A stretch of DNA of 64,000 nucleotides from a virus. Within the stretch, counting starts at the first letter, position 1. Every line of letters starts with the position of its first letter. The notes beneath the pieces were generated by a model that worked only from the letters and a program-made list of their open reading frames with translations, ran no database searches and had not been told where the DNA came from. Position numbers and translations under genes: made by a program. The stretch covers positions 64,137-128,136 of the IMG/VR virus record IMGVR_UViG_3300045988_075126, one strand, 5' to 3'. Of this stretch, positions 32,637-41,209 are shown in pieces.

Positions 32637-32951
32637 ATGTTATATTCCCCTCACATATTAAAGAAGAAGTTCGTGAATAAGGTTGTCAACAAGTACAACG
32701 AGGTCATTAGCTCTTCTGAGGAATGGAAAGAAATGGGGCGTTGTCGGTGCGATGACAACTCTACCGAGCATTTCACTACCGATAATGGTAGCATATATAC
32801 ACCGAAATATCACATTGTTTGTGACAAGTGCCAGATTTCCGAAGGTGATGAAGTCAAGGTTTATTCCGATGATGGAAGCTACCGAGGAGGTGGAAAGGTC
32901 TATAATGCCCCTAAGTGCAATTATCTTGGTTATATGAGTATCTATGTCTGA
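32637..32951 (+). CDS. hypothetical protein (head-tail joining candidate by position)
   Basis: ORF track; the alternative frame 32683..32937 is rejected. Confidence 0.5.
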   Translation: MLYSPHILKKKFVNKVVNKYNEVISSSEEWKEMGRCRCDDNSTEHFTTDNGSIYTPKYHIVCDKCQISEGDEVKVYSDDGSYRGGGKVYNAPKCNYLGYMSIYV

Positions 32952-33234
32952 TGTTATAAAAGATGAGATAAACGCTTTTTTTGCGCAGGGAGAAAGGGAA
33001 GTAGATGAATTCCTTGATAGGTTAGGTAAAACAGCCGTTGAACTTGATAAGGCTAACGGAAACTACCGTAACCGCACAGGTAATCTCAGAAGGTCAAACT
33101 ATAGTAATGTACATGACCATACCTTAACCCTTGGAAACAAAGCCGAATATGCGTCTGATGTTTCCTCTAGAGGATATGATGTTATAGATTCGGGTATTCA
33201 ATATATCAAGAAAGAAATCGAGGATATGCAATGA
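32944..33234 (+). CDS. hypothetical protein (head-tail joining candidate by position)
   Basis: ORF track; 8-nt overlap upstream, ATGA overlap downstream. Confidence 0.55.
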   Translation: MSDVIKDEINAFFAQGEREVDEFLDRLGKTAVELDKANGNYRNRTGNLRRSNYSNVHDHTLTLGNKAEYASDVSSRGYDVIDSGIQYIKKEIEDMQ

Positions 33235-33659
33235 TAACAGAAATAGATGCTGGTCATGTAATCTATGATGACTTGGAGTTGATGGGATTGGAACGTAGAC
33301 TGAAAGGACATCTGAAAAAGGGTGGACTTGATGGGGAAAAGCCTATGGTCGGTGAGAAGATTCCCGATGATGGTTTGATAGTCATTATTCCTAAGCGTAT
33401 GAGTGCAGACAAGACCTATTTCAATGATTGTACTATAGAGGTAAACATATTGCTCAAAGATATAGAGGGCGAGGCTAATCCTCAATTGAACGAGCTTTTA
33501 AAAAAGACTATTGAAACCTTGTCCGACAAGGATGTTGGTAAGGTTGAGGAAGTATGGTATCGTTATTCTATCCGCTCCCACGGCATAGAGCAAGAGAGTA
33601 GGTTGAGTTGCCATTACGCAAACATTACTATAGATTTTGAAACATTAAACGTAAGATAA
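33231..33659 (+). CDS. hypothetical protein (tail completion candidate by position)
   Basis: ORF track; directly precedes the major tail gene. Confidence 0.55.
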   Translation: MITEIDAGHVIYDDLELMGLERRLKGHLKKGGLDGEKPMVGEKIPDDGLIVIIPKRMSADKTYFNDCTIEVNILLKDIEGEANPQLNELLKKTIETLSDKDVGKVEEVWYRYSIRSHGIEQESRLSCHYANITIDFETLNVR

Positions 33660-33660
33660 G

Positions 33661-34218
33661 ATGAAACCATTTATTGGAATCAAGAGAATTTGGTATGGTG
33701 CTCCTCTTACCGAGGCTAATACACCTGCTAAGTTGGCTACATGGTTGAAAACCGCTTCAGAGGTCTTGAACAGCCATGAGGGAACATGGGGATATTCTCA
33801 GGATGACCCTAGTGTTACTGAGTACAAGAACGAGCTGAACGGACAGGTTTACTATCGTGACAAGACTGATGAGGGTGCTAAGACAATTACATTCTCTATT
33901 GGTGTATTCTCATGGAAGAACAAGGTAGACTTGCAGGGTGGTAAGATGTACAAGGCAACCGGAGAAGAGACTACAACGGAGGCAGAAGCAGTAGGTTGGT
34001 CTTCTAGCCAAGATTTGGCTAATATCAACAAGTGCATCGTTGCTCAGACCAAGACCGGAAACTACATTGTCTTCTCAAATGCAGCTATCGTAGCCAAGGG
34101 TGACCAGCAGGACAAGAATATCACTTTGGGTATTTCTGCCGTTGCTATGGAAAGCGAGACCGATGGTGTTGCTGGCGAGTACCAATGGGAAGGCTCTGCG
34201 GTAGTAGAACAGGGATAA
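33661..34218 (+). CDS. major tail protein candidate
   Basis: 185 aa; positioned immediately before the G/GT-type chaperone pair. Confidence 0.5.
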   Translation: MKPFIGIKRIWYGAPLTEANTPAKLATWLKTASEVLNSHEGTWGYSQDDPSVTEYKNELNGQVYYRDKTDEGAKTITFSIGVFSWKNKVDLQGGKMYKATGEETTTEAEAVGWSSSQDLANINKCIVAQTKTGNYIVFSNAAIVAKGDQQDKNITLGISAVAMESETDGVAGEYQWEGSAVVEQG

Positions 34219-34285
34219 GACATAGGCAATAAATGATCGAGGGGGATGGTGTTAATGCCGTTCCCCTTTTTTAATATTAAGAACC

Positions 34286-34669
34286 ATGAGTAAGGCAAGT
34301 AAATTAGTTGCGGATGCAATTCTTGGAGAGGATACCGTAACGATAATCGTGAATGGAAAGGCTTATTATATTTCACCACCTACAATTATAAAATTGGTCA
34401 AGGCGGCTAAATACCTTGATAGTTTTGAGGAGGGCAAGACCTTAGCGGAAGTCTTAGGTATGCTTAAGAATTTGGATGATACTTGCAAGGCGTTGTCTGT
34501 ATTCATACAAGGCGATGAATCCATTAGTGATGAATTGTCTAAAGGAACGCTTGAAGAGATTGTCTACGGCTTACAAACGGCTTATTCCTTAATCTCTATA
34601 AAGGATTTTCAGACGCTATCAATTTTGGCGAAGAGTGCGGCAAGGATGATAGCAAAACCACGACCATAG
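34286..34669 (+). CDS. tail assembly chaperone (gpG-like)
   Basis: 127 aa; followed by an overlapping -1 frame open from 34519 to 34860. Confidence 0.6.
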   Translation: MSKASKLVADAILGEDTVTIIVNGKAYYISPPTIIKLVKAAKYLDSFEEGKTLAEVLGMLKNLDDTCKALSVFIQGDESISDELSKGTLEEIVYGLQTAYSLISIKDFQTLSILAKSAARMIAKPRP

Positions 34670-34860
34670 GTAACGATACACTCTTAGGTCAGATTGCATC
34701 TTTTATGGATAGTCTGCATTTATCGTACCAAGAAGTCGTGAAAGAAATACCTTATAGGAACTTATTGTTGATGGCAAAAGACAAACAAAGAGTAGCATAT
34801 GGTGATGTAATGTATGAGGTAACGGAAGAAGAGTTTGGAATGAACTTCAAAAAAGGATAA
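34286..34860 (+). CDS. tail assembly chaperone frameshift product (gpGT-like, -1 PRF)
   Basis: -1 frame continues ..GNDTLLGQIASFMDSLHLSYQEVVKEIPYRNLLLMAKDKQRVAYGDVMYEVTEEEFGMNFKKG*; candidate slip site GCA-AAA-C at 34652-34658. Confidence 0.45.
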
Positions 34861-34901
34861 GTTTAAAATAATGCAAATAAAGTATTAAAAGCACTAAAAC
34901 G

Positions 34902-34933
34902 TTTGCAGGTTAGGGAAATATTATTTATCTTTG
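34902..34933 (+). promoter_or_regulatory. extended phage promoter (GCACTAAAACGTTTGCAGG .. -7 TATCTTTG)
   Basis: TTTG 34902-34905, 20-nt spacer, TATCTTTG 34926-34933. Confidence 0.65.
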
Positions 34934-34939
34934 CAAGCG

Positions 34940-35078
34940 CAGAACAAAAAAGGATAAAATGGCGATTTAAGAAATTAATAAGATATTAGAGACACGAAAC
35001 CCGATGGACTATACCGAAAGGCAGTCCGAGTCACAATTCCTTTGACTTTGCAATCGGTAGTTTCGTGTTTTTGTTTTT
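34940..35078 (+). ncRNA. promoter-proximal structured RNA ending in an intrinsic terminator (sRNA or attenuator leader)
   Basis: Closing stems ACACGAAAC/GTTTCGTGT (34992-35000/35060-35068) and CCGAT/ATCGG enclose hairpins GGACT..AGTCC and AGTCA..TGACT; followed by TTTTTGTTTTT. Confidence 0.5.
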
Positions 35079-35085
35079 AAATAAG

Positions 35086-35388
35086 ATGCAAGACGTAAGG
35101 TTAATATTCGAGATATTGGTTTCCATGTTGCTTTGCGTTTGTCTCATATTGCTTGCTGTAAGTAGATATAGGCAAAAGAAAAAGCGTGAAGAACCGGAGC
35201 GAAAGGAAATGGATTTGATAGACTTCTTTTCTTTGGGAGGAGTTGCCTATTATTGGAACAAAGGTGGTAAGCAGCAGAAATGCTACACATATGAAGAATT
35301 TCTGAAAATCAAGGCTGACTACGTGGAGCTTTGGTTGAATCAGAATAGATATATTTTTAACTCTCAATTAGATTGCGATGATATATAA
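35086..35388 (+). CDS. small membrane protein
   Basis: ORF track 35065 (GTG lies inside the terminator stem); ATG 35086 gives MQDVRLIFEILVSMLLCVCLILLAVSRYRQKKK.. (one TM helix). Confidence 0.55.
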   Translation: MQDVRLIFEILVSMLLCVCLILLAVSRYRQKKKREEPERKEMDLIDFFSLGGVAYYWNKGGKQQKCYTYEEFLKIKADYVELWLNQNRYIFNSQLDCDDI

Positions 35389-35608
35389 AGTATTTGTTTT
35401 GTTGCCGACAATAGTTGTATCAGATGGTATTGTAGGTATAGCTTGGCTAGGAAAGGTGTTTAGCTGGAGATATGGAAAGAACAAGAAAAAGAGCAAGAAT
35501 GTGTCCTTAATGATAGGTTATAACACAGGAATGTCTCTTAAGTCGAAAATAGACGATAACGCTGCGGATGATTATTTAAGACGCATTGCCGAAGAAAATA
35601 GAATCTAA
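35378..35608 (+). CDS. small membrane protein
   Basis: MIYKVFVLLPTIVVSDGIVGIAWLGKVF.. hydrophobic N-terminus; followed by terminator. Confidence 0.55.
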   Translation: MIYKVFVLLPTIVVSDGIVGIAWLGKVFSWRYGKNKKKSKNVSLMIGYNTGMSLKSKIDDNAADDYLRRIAEENRI

Positions 35609-35612
35609 ATCC

Positions 35613-35632
35613 AAGGGTTAGAGACCCTTTTT
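35613..35632 (+). terminator. intrinsic terminator
   Basis: AAGGGT-TAGAG-ACCCTT followed by TTTT; a second weaker hairpin plus T-run follows at about 35634-35665. Confidence 0.65.
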
Positions 35633-35701
35633 ACAACCATATTACTTGTGGTTATTTTTATACATCGGTTTTTATTAACGATTGTTTTTTATGGTAGATA
35701 A

Positions 35702-36810
35702 ATGTATAAAAACGAGCACAAGTTCCCTTATAGATGGACTAAAAAAGATGCTAAATTCACAAAGGACAAAGGTAAGGTAATGTCCTGCTTTTGTTGCGGA
35801 GGAGGCAGTTCCTTTGGATATAAGCTAGCTGGCTATGATGTGGTAGCCTCTAACGAGATAGACCCAAAGGTTATGAAGATGTACTTGAAGAATCACGAAG
35901 TCAAGTATTCTTTCAATTGTGATATTCGTGAGTTGATTGCCAATATCAATATGGGGGGGGGCGTATTATGAAAGAAGAGCTTCATAATTTGGATATACTG
36001 GATGCTAGTTTTCCTTGTTCGGTATTCAGTATTGCAGGTGACCGCCAAAAGGCTTGGGGAAAGGAAAAAGTATTCCGAGAAGGTCAGAAGGCGCAAAGGC
36101 TTGACGATTTGGCTTTCTACTCAATCGGCCTCGCTAAAGAACTAAAGCCAAAGGTAGTGGTTTTTGAGAATGTTCAAGGTTTATTACAAGGTGAAGCCAT
36201 CGAGTACGTAAAGGAGATTTATAGACAGATGGATGATGCCGGATATATCTTGCAGCATTGGCTTCTCAATGCACGTAACATGGGTGTTCCTCAAAACAGA
36301 CCTAGGGTGTTCTTTATTGGGTTACGTAAAGACCTTTGCGAGCCGTTTATGGTTCAAAAGGATTTGTTCGAGCGAGTGCCTAAGATTGATATGGACTTCA
36401 ACGAGAAAGAAATTGTCTTGGATGAGTTCTCTGACTATAATGGAAGACAGATTCCTAAAGGAATGTTGAAGTATTGGGAGCATAGAAATGAAAAAGACAA
36501 TTCAATCGGTGATATTGTCAAGCGGATGGATAATCGTCTTTCTATGTTCAATAACATGTTTCTCAAAAAGAACAAGGTATGCAATACCATATCAGCAATG
36601 GAGGATAGACTTGTCTATTATGATAATCCAAGTTATCTTTCTGCACATGATACGATTTTAGCATCAACATTTCCGATGGATTATGACTTTAATGGCATGA
36701 AACCTTGGTTTGCTTGCGGAATGTGTGTTCCTCCTGTTATGATGGCTAATGTAGCTACAAGAATCTGGGATTGTTGGTTATCAAAGATTAAAAAGGAGGA
36801 ATGCGCATGA
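35702..36810 (+). CDS. dcm: DNA (cytosine-5)-methyltransferase, split by a frameshift at a G9 tract
   Basis: ORF1 35702-35971 carries motif I (FCCGGGSSFGY). ORF2 35968-36810 carries motif IV (FPC), ENV (VFENV), QNRPRVFFIG and GMCVPP. The frames join if G9 (35953-35961) becomes G10. Confidence 0.85.
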
Positions 36811-37544
36811 TAACAGCAAGTATGACTTCGGGTGAGATGCGTAGAGTACGAAACTTAGATGAAACAAGAATCTATGAGTTTCAGATGCGAAAAGCTAATG
36901 AGCTTAAACGTGAAATGAAAAGACAGAAAGTTAGGCAAATAACAAAGACCTTTGAGTTTGCTACACCAAATGCCGATTATTTCATAGTGGTAGGTGTAAA
37001 ACATGGTGATGTCTTTGCTTCCGGCGTATTCATTTATCTGAAGGAGACTAACGAGTATATTCCTATGAGCAGAAATGAAGGATATAGCGAGGATTGTTTT
37101 GCTATGAGCGTTCATTTTATGAAGAGGTTTGCTGAAAGGTTTTTGAAAAAGGATTTACCGATAGCAAAGATATTACAAAAGATATATACATCGTTTACAG
37201 GTGCGATTCAGCTTTATGGCGATGACAAGACTAAAAGGGTGGTGTTTGCTATTCCTGAAGGTCTGATACTCACCGAGTATGATCAAGATAAGCATATTAT
37301 ACACTACAAAACCTTTGTAAGCATGGATATGCTAAAGAAGACACAGATGCAAAGTTATGAGAAGATTAGTGCATTTCTTATGGAATCATGTGAGCAAATA
37401 GCCAAAGCAAGAAAAATAGGAAATGATGAAAAGCTTGGCGTTGTGTACAGAAGGTTTTATGATGATATTGATTTATTAGATACATCGGAGGCGCAATCTA
37501 TATATTCAAGTTTCTTTGAAAAAGGAGGTAACAATGAAAGATAA
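36801..37544 (+). CDS. hypothetical protein
   Basis: 247-aa ORF within the methyltransferase island; no domain recognised. Confidence 0.6.
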   Translation: MRMITASMTSGEMRRVRNLDETRIYEFQMRKANELKREMKRQKVRQITKTFEFATPNADYFIVVGVKHGDVFASGVFIYLKETNEYIPMSRNEGYSEDCFAMSVHFMKRFAERFLKKDLPIAKILQKIYTSFTGAIQLYGDDKTKRVVFAIPEGLILTEYDQDKHIIHYKTFVSMDMLKKTQMQSYEKISAFLMESCEQIAKARKIGNDEKLGVVYRRFYDDIDLLDTSEAQSIYSSFFEKGGNNER

Positions 37545-38037
37545 ATGTGTTGCTAGATTCCTAGGTGATATAAGACCTGTAAAGGGTTACGAAAGATATT
37601 GTGTTAGCAAGCAGGGGCATGTTTTTACTATTGGGAGAACGTCTCAATTAAAGGAAATCGCCCCATGTAAGACACCAAAAGGTTATCTGAAGGTATGGCT
37701 TTACAAGAACGGAAAACGCAAAATGTTCTATATCCATCGTTTGGTAGCTCAGGCTTTCTTGGAGAATCCAGATGCGTTGCCGATGGTGAATCATAAGGAT
37801 TTCGACAAGACGAATAACGATGTAGACAACTTGGAGTATTGCACTGCAAGATACAATATGGTTTATTCGGCTATAGCAAAGAAGACTTCATCTGTATACT
37901 TGGGCGTGACGTGGAATAAGAACAACAGAAAATGGCAAGCTCAGTACCAGATAGGTAAGAAGAAAATTTATATCGGATGCTTTGGGACGCAAGAAGAAGC
38001 TCACGAAGCTTATGTTAACGCTATTAAAGAGATTTGA
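37534..38037 (+). CDS. HNH homing endonuclease with AP2 DNA-binding domain
   Basis: HRLVAQAFLENP...VNHKDFDKTNNDVDNLEYCT (HNH_3-type) followed by YLGVTWNKNNRKWQAQYQIGKKKIYIGCFGTQEEAHEAY (AP2); ATG 37534. Confidence 0.85.
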   Translation: MKDKCVARFLGDIRPVKGYERYCVSKQGHVFTIGRTSQLKEIAPCKTPKGYLKVWLYKNGKRKMFYIHRLVAQAFLENPDALPMVNHKDFDKTNNDVDNLEYCTARYNMVYSAIAKKTSSVYLGVTWNKNNRKWQAQYQIGKKKIYIGCFGTQEEAHEAYVNAIKEI

Positions 38038-38038
38038 T

Positions 38039-38752
38039 ATGCTAGAATTAAACAGAATATACAATTCCGACTGTATAGAAGGAATGAAACAAATAGAGAG
38101 TGGGGAGGTGGATTTGATTGTTACTGACCCTCCGTATTGCATTGCCTACAAGACTGGGTGGAGAGCTGACGACCATCGTTTCTCTAAGGAAATACTCAAT
38201 GATGATAATGAGCAATTGATTATTGATTATATGAGCGAATGCTACCGGATTTTAAAGGATGATAGTGCTGCTTATATTTTCTGTAGTGCCAAGACCTTAG
38301 ACTTTTTTATGCAACAAGCGAGGAATGCAGGGTTTACCATTAAGAATGTGCTCATTTGGCGAAAGAACAACCATACGGCTGGAGATTTAGAGGCGCAATA
38401 TGGTCAATGTTACGAGCCAATCCTGTACTTGAATAAAGGCAGACGAACCATAAATGGGAAGCGTTTGGAGGATGTATGGGACTTTGATAGAGTTCCATCA
38501 GATAAATTGGTACATCAGAACGAGAAACCAATCCCTTTGCTAATGCAATGCATCTTGAAATCATCAAATGAAGGCGACTTGGTGTTTGATGGCTTTATGG
38601 GCAGCGCAAGTACGGCTCTTGCTTGTTTGCGTACCAACAGAAAGTTCCTTGGCTTTGAATTGGATAAGGATTATTTCAATGTGGCACAAAGAAGAATTAA
38701 GGAAGAAATGTTAAATCAAAAAGATATGTTTGGATATGCTGGAGTTAAATAG
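38039..38752 (+). CDS. DNA methyltransferase, beta class (N6-adenine or N4-cytosine)
   Basis: DLIVTDPPY near the N-terminus and FDGFMGSASTALAC (FxGxG) near the C-terminus; ATG 38039 (MLELNRIY..). Confidence 0.85.
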   Translation: MLELNRIYNSDCIEGMKQIESGEVDLIVTDPPYCIAYKTGWRADDHRFSKEILNDDNEQLIIDYMSECYRILKDDSAAYIFCSAKTLDFFMQQARNAGFTIKNVLIWRKNNHTAGDLEAQYGQCYEPILYLNKGRRTINGKRLEDVWDFDRVPSDKLVHQNEKPIPLLMQCILKSSNEGDLVFDGFMGSASTALACLRTNRKFLGFELDKDYFNVAQRRIKEEMLNQKDMFGYAGVK

Positions 38753-39452
38753 AATTTATCAAGGTGATTGTCGAAAGCTTCTAAAGCTATTAGACGATGA
38801 ATGTATAGACCTAGTATGCTCAGATGTAGCTTATCCGGTACAAGCTAGAGGTGGGCGTAGTAACATGAGCGGATATTGGACAGATTTACAAACAAGAAAA
38901 GGTAAGATATTCAAGAGTAACGACATAGATATTTCTGAATATATAAACGAATTATATCGTGTTCTAAAAGATAAGTCACACTGTTATCTTATGTGTAATG
39001 ATTATAATCTGATGCGCTTTCTTGATGTGATTGGAAAAAGTGATTTTCATTTCACAAAGTGTTTGATATGGGATAAATGCTCTAAGGTGTGTGGAACTTA
39101 TTATATGAATCAAAAGGAGTATATCATTATGCTTCGTAAAGGAGGTGGTAAACCTATCAATGAGTTTGGTACATCTGATATTCTGAGCGTTCCTATTCCT
39201 ACAAACAAACGTAAGGATAAGGATGGGTTGATTAATCAGACTGAAAAACCAGTAAAGTTGATGGAGATACTAATCAGAAACTCGACAAATGTTGATGATG
39301 TTGTTCTAGACCCATTCATGGGGAGCGGTACAACGGCAAGGGCTTGTGTTAATCTTGATAGAAAGTATATAGGTTTTGAGATAGACCAGCGACAAGTCGA
39401 TTTTGCCAATAACGAATTAAAGAACATGAGTAGGCAGTTAAGTCTGTTTTGA
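38736..39452 (+). CDS. DNA methyltransferase-like, beta class, atypical catalytic motif
   Basis: Same N-terminus MLELNRIY; DLVCSDVAYP in place of DPPY; C-terminal LDPFMGSGTTARAC (FxGxG). Confidence 0.7.
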   Translation: MLELNRIYQGDCRKLLKLLDDECIDLVCSDVAYPVQARGGRSNMSGYWTDLQTRKGKIFKSNDIDISEYINELYRVLKDKSHCYLMCNDYNLMRFLDVIGKSDFHFTKCLIWDKCSKVCGTYYMNQKEYIIMLRKGGGKPINEFGTSDILSVPIPTNKRKDKDGLINQTEKPVKLMEILIRNSTNVDDVVLDPFMGSGTTARACVNLDRKYIGFEIDQRQVDFANNELKNMSRQLSLF

Positions 39453-39456
39453 AACT

Positions 39457-39681
39457 ATGGATATGTGCAAGGTGTTTTGTTGCAATCCTGTTGTAAGAAA
39501 TGGGAATAAAGAAACAACGGATGCTCTTATAAGAGCCATGAGAGACGAAGCCTTAAAACGTGGGTTGGTACGTGATGAATTGATAGGTTTTTGCAACCGA
39601 TTCTTGAGAGAAGGCGAAATCAAAGCTTGTATAGAGCATTTGCTAGACAATTTTAAACGTTATTTTTGGAGGTATTATTGA
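39457..39681 (+). CDS. hypothetical protein
   Basis: 74-aa ORF ending 1 nt before the Mom-like gene; Cys-rich N-terminus MDMCKVFCC. Confidence 0.55.
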   Translation: MDMCKVFCCNPVVRNGNKETTDALIRAMRDEALKRGLVRDELIGFCNRFLREGEIKACIEHLLDNFKRYFWRYY

Positions 39682-39682
39682 T

Positions 39683-40312
39683 ATGAGAAGAAGAAAGTTG
39701 AACAAGTCTCCAGTGCTAGGCTTCTGCGGATTTGTTATCGGTTACGAGTGCAAGGAAAAGGGAATAAAGCTGATGGAGTGCGATAAGGCGCAAGCAGATG
39801 CGATCATAGTTCCTCATCACTTTTCACACAAGGTAACGAAGAATAGTTGCTTGAATCTTTTGGTATTGTACAAAGGCAAGATTAGGGGTGCTATGCAAAT
39901 AGGGTATGGAATCCGACCGCACATCAAGACTGAAAAGGGCGAAGTGTTAGATTACCATCAAGTGAGGGAATTTGACAGAATGTGGTTGTCTGATGATATG
40001 CCAAAGTTTAGCGAGACGATTTGTCTTTCTCTCTTGCACAAGTATATTAGGGCAACACATAAGGAAATCAAGTACCTTATATCTTATGCCGATACGTCCA
40101 TAGGTAACAAGGGAACTATATATAAAGCTGCAAACTATGAGCATATTGATACCATTAAGGCAGATTTCTATGTATTACCAAGTGGTGAGCGTGTGCATCC
40201 GGTAACTATGTGGCATCGGCACAAGACAAGAGTATGGGAGGTTCTAACGGAACTATACCCAGGAATAAAAAAGGCAGAAGGGTTTCAACTTAAATTTCTG
40301 AAGAAGTTATGA
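39683..40312 (+). CDS. Mom-family (GNAT-like) DNA-modification protein candidate
   Basis: ..IIVPHHFSHKV.. and ..KYLISYADTSIGNKGTIYKAANYEH.. resemble the HHYSH and (I/V)SYADT..GH.G.IYQA.N(F/W) blocks I recall for Mom-like proteins; embedded among MTases. Confidence 0.5.
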   Translation: MRRRKLNKSPVLGFCGFVIGYECKEKGIKLMECDKAQADAIIVPHHFSHKVTKNSCLNLLVLYKGKIRGAMQIGYGIRPHIKTEKGEVLDYHQVREFDRMWLSDDMPKFSETICLSLLHKYIRATHKEIKYLISYADTSIGNKGTIYKAANYEHIDTIKADFYVLPSGERVHPVTMWHRHKTRVWEVLTELYPGIKKAEGFQLKFLKKL

Positions 40313-40515
40313 AGAAAAGAAATAAAAATATTCCTTGTCCTTTGCATCCAGATCCTGAGCATTGGGTTAGAAAAGGAGATACTTGGAAAGCAAAGGTAAC
40401 TTATGAAAGTGAAGAAGATGCTTGGGAGTTTCTGAATCAGAATTCGAAGTTAAAGGAATCCGGCTGTCATCCTTACTTATGCAAAGTCTGCTCTAAGTGG
40501 CATATTGGTAGGTAA
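40309..40515 (+). CDS. small Cys/His-rich (zinc-finger-like) protein
   Basis: CPLHPDPEH ... CHPYLCKVCSKWH; ATGA overlap with the Mom-like gene. Confidence 0.55.
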   Translation: MKKRNKNIPCPLHPDPEHWVRKGDTWKAKVTYESEEDAWEFLNQNSKLKESGCHPYLCKVCSKWHIGR

Positions 40516-40529
40516 TATAATTAACGATT

Positions 40530-40916
40530 ATGAAAAAAGAAGATAGGCTTAAAATATATCGCAAATACGATGGGCATTGTGCTTATTGCGGTAAGAGTAT
40601 AGAGTATAAGGATATGCAGGTTGACCATCTTGTTCCGAAGAATCGAGGTTGTTACTCTCGGTGGAGTGACAAGGAGGGAAGGTTTGTCGTTTTTCATGGC
40701 GATGACTGCATGGAGAACTATATGCCATCTTGCAGGTCTTGTAATCTTCGTAAGCGCGATATGAGTTTGGAACAATTTCGCTCAGAGATTACAAGACAGG
40801 CTAAAGGATTGCTTAATGGTAAGGCTTCTTTCCAAGTAAAGATGTCGCTCGCTTATGGTTTAATAGAAGAGCACTTTGATAAACAAATAGAGTTCCACTT
40901 TGAGAAATTTAAATAG
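40530..40916 (+). CDS. HNH endonuclease
   Basis: HCAYCGKSI....VDHLVPKNRG ... NYMPSCRSCNLRK = CxxC..DH..P...N..C..CN HNH layout. Confidence 0.8.
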   Translation: MKKEDRLKIYRKYDGHCAYCGKSIEYKDMQVDHLVPKNRGCYSRWSDKEGRFVVFHGDDCMENYMPSCRSCNLRKRDMSLEQFRSEITRQAKGLLNGKASFQVKMSLAYGLIEEHFDKQIEFHFEKFK

Positions 40917-40924
40917 TAAGGAAT

Positions 40925-41209
40925 ATGAAGAAGTTTAAGAAGTCGATAGAGATTAGCACAGAGAATATTTCAGACGTTCTTCAAGTGCCTATTGTTACGA
41001 GTGTATATAAGACTAAGCTTTTTAAAAACGCATGCATTGATGGTCGTAGCGAGCCTTATGATACTATAGCAGTGATGCATGTTAAAGTTGAAGGTTTTGA
41101 GAACGATTTTATTATAGACCAAGGCGATATTCTCGCTCTTGATATTTGTGATACTTGGTATGCTTTTTCAAAAGCAGGTTGGAAGAAACATAAAAACGAT
41201 GAGGTATGA
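40925..41209 (+). CDS. hypothetical protein
   Basis: ORF track; ATG start; ATGA overlap with the next ORF. Confidence 0.6.
   Translation: MKKFKKSIEISTENISDVLQVPIVTSVYKTKLFKNACIDGRSEPYDTIAVMHVKVEGFENDFIIDQGDILALDICDTWYAFSKAGWKKHKNDEV

Noticed and set aside
32683-32937. 84-aa alternative-frame ORF within 32637..32951
   Set aside because: It is fully nested in a longer ORF that fits the tight gene packing of the head-tail block, and it has an Arg/Ser/Thr-rich low-complexity translation.
35065-35085. GTG start at 35065 for the membrane protein ORF
   Set aside because: These codons lie inside the terminator stem and U-tract of the structured RNA. The first ATG (35086) gives a sensible N-terminus.
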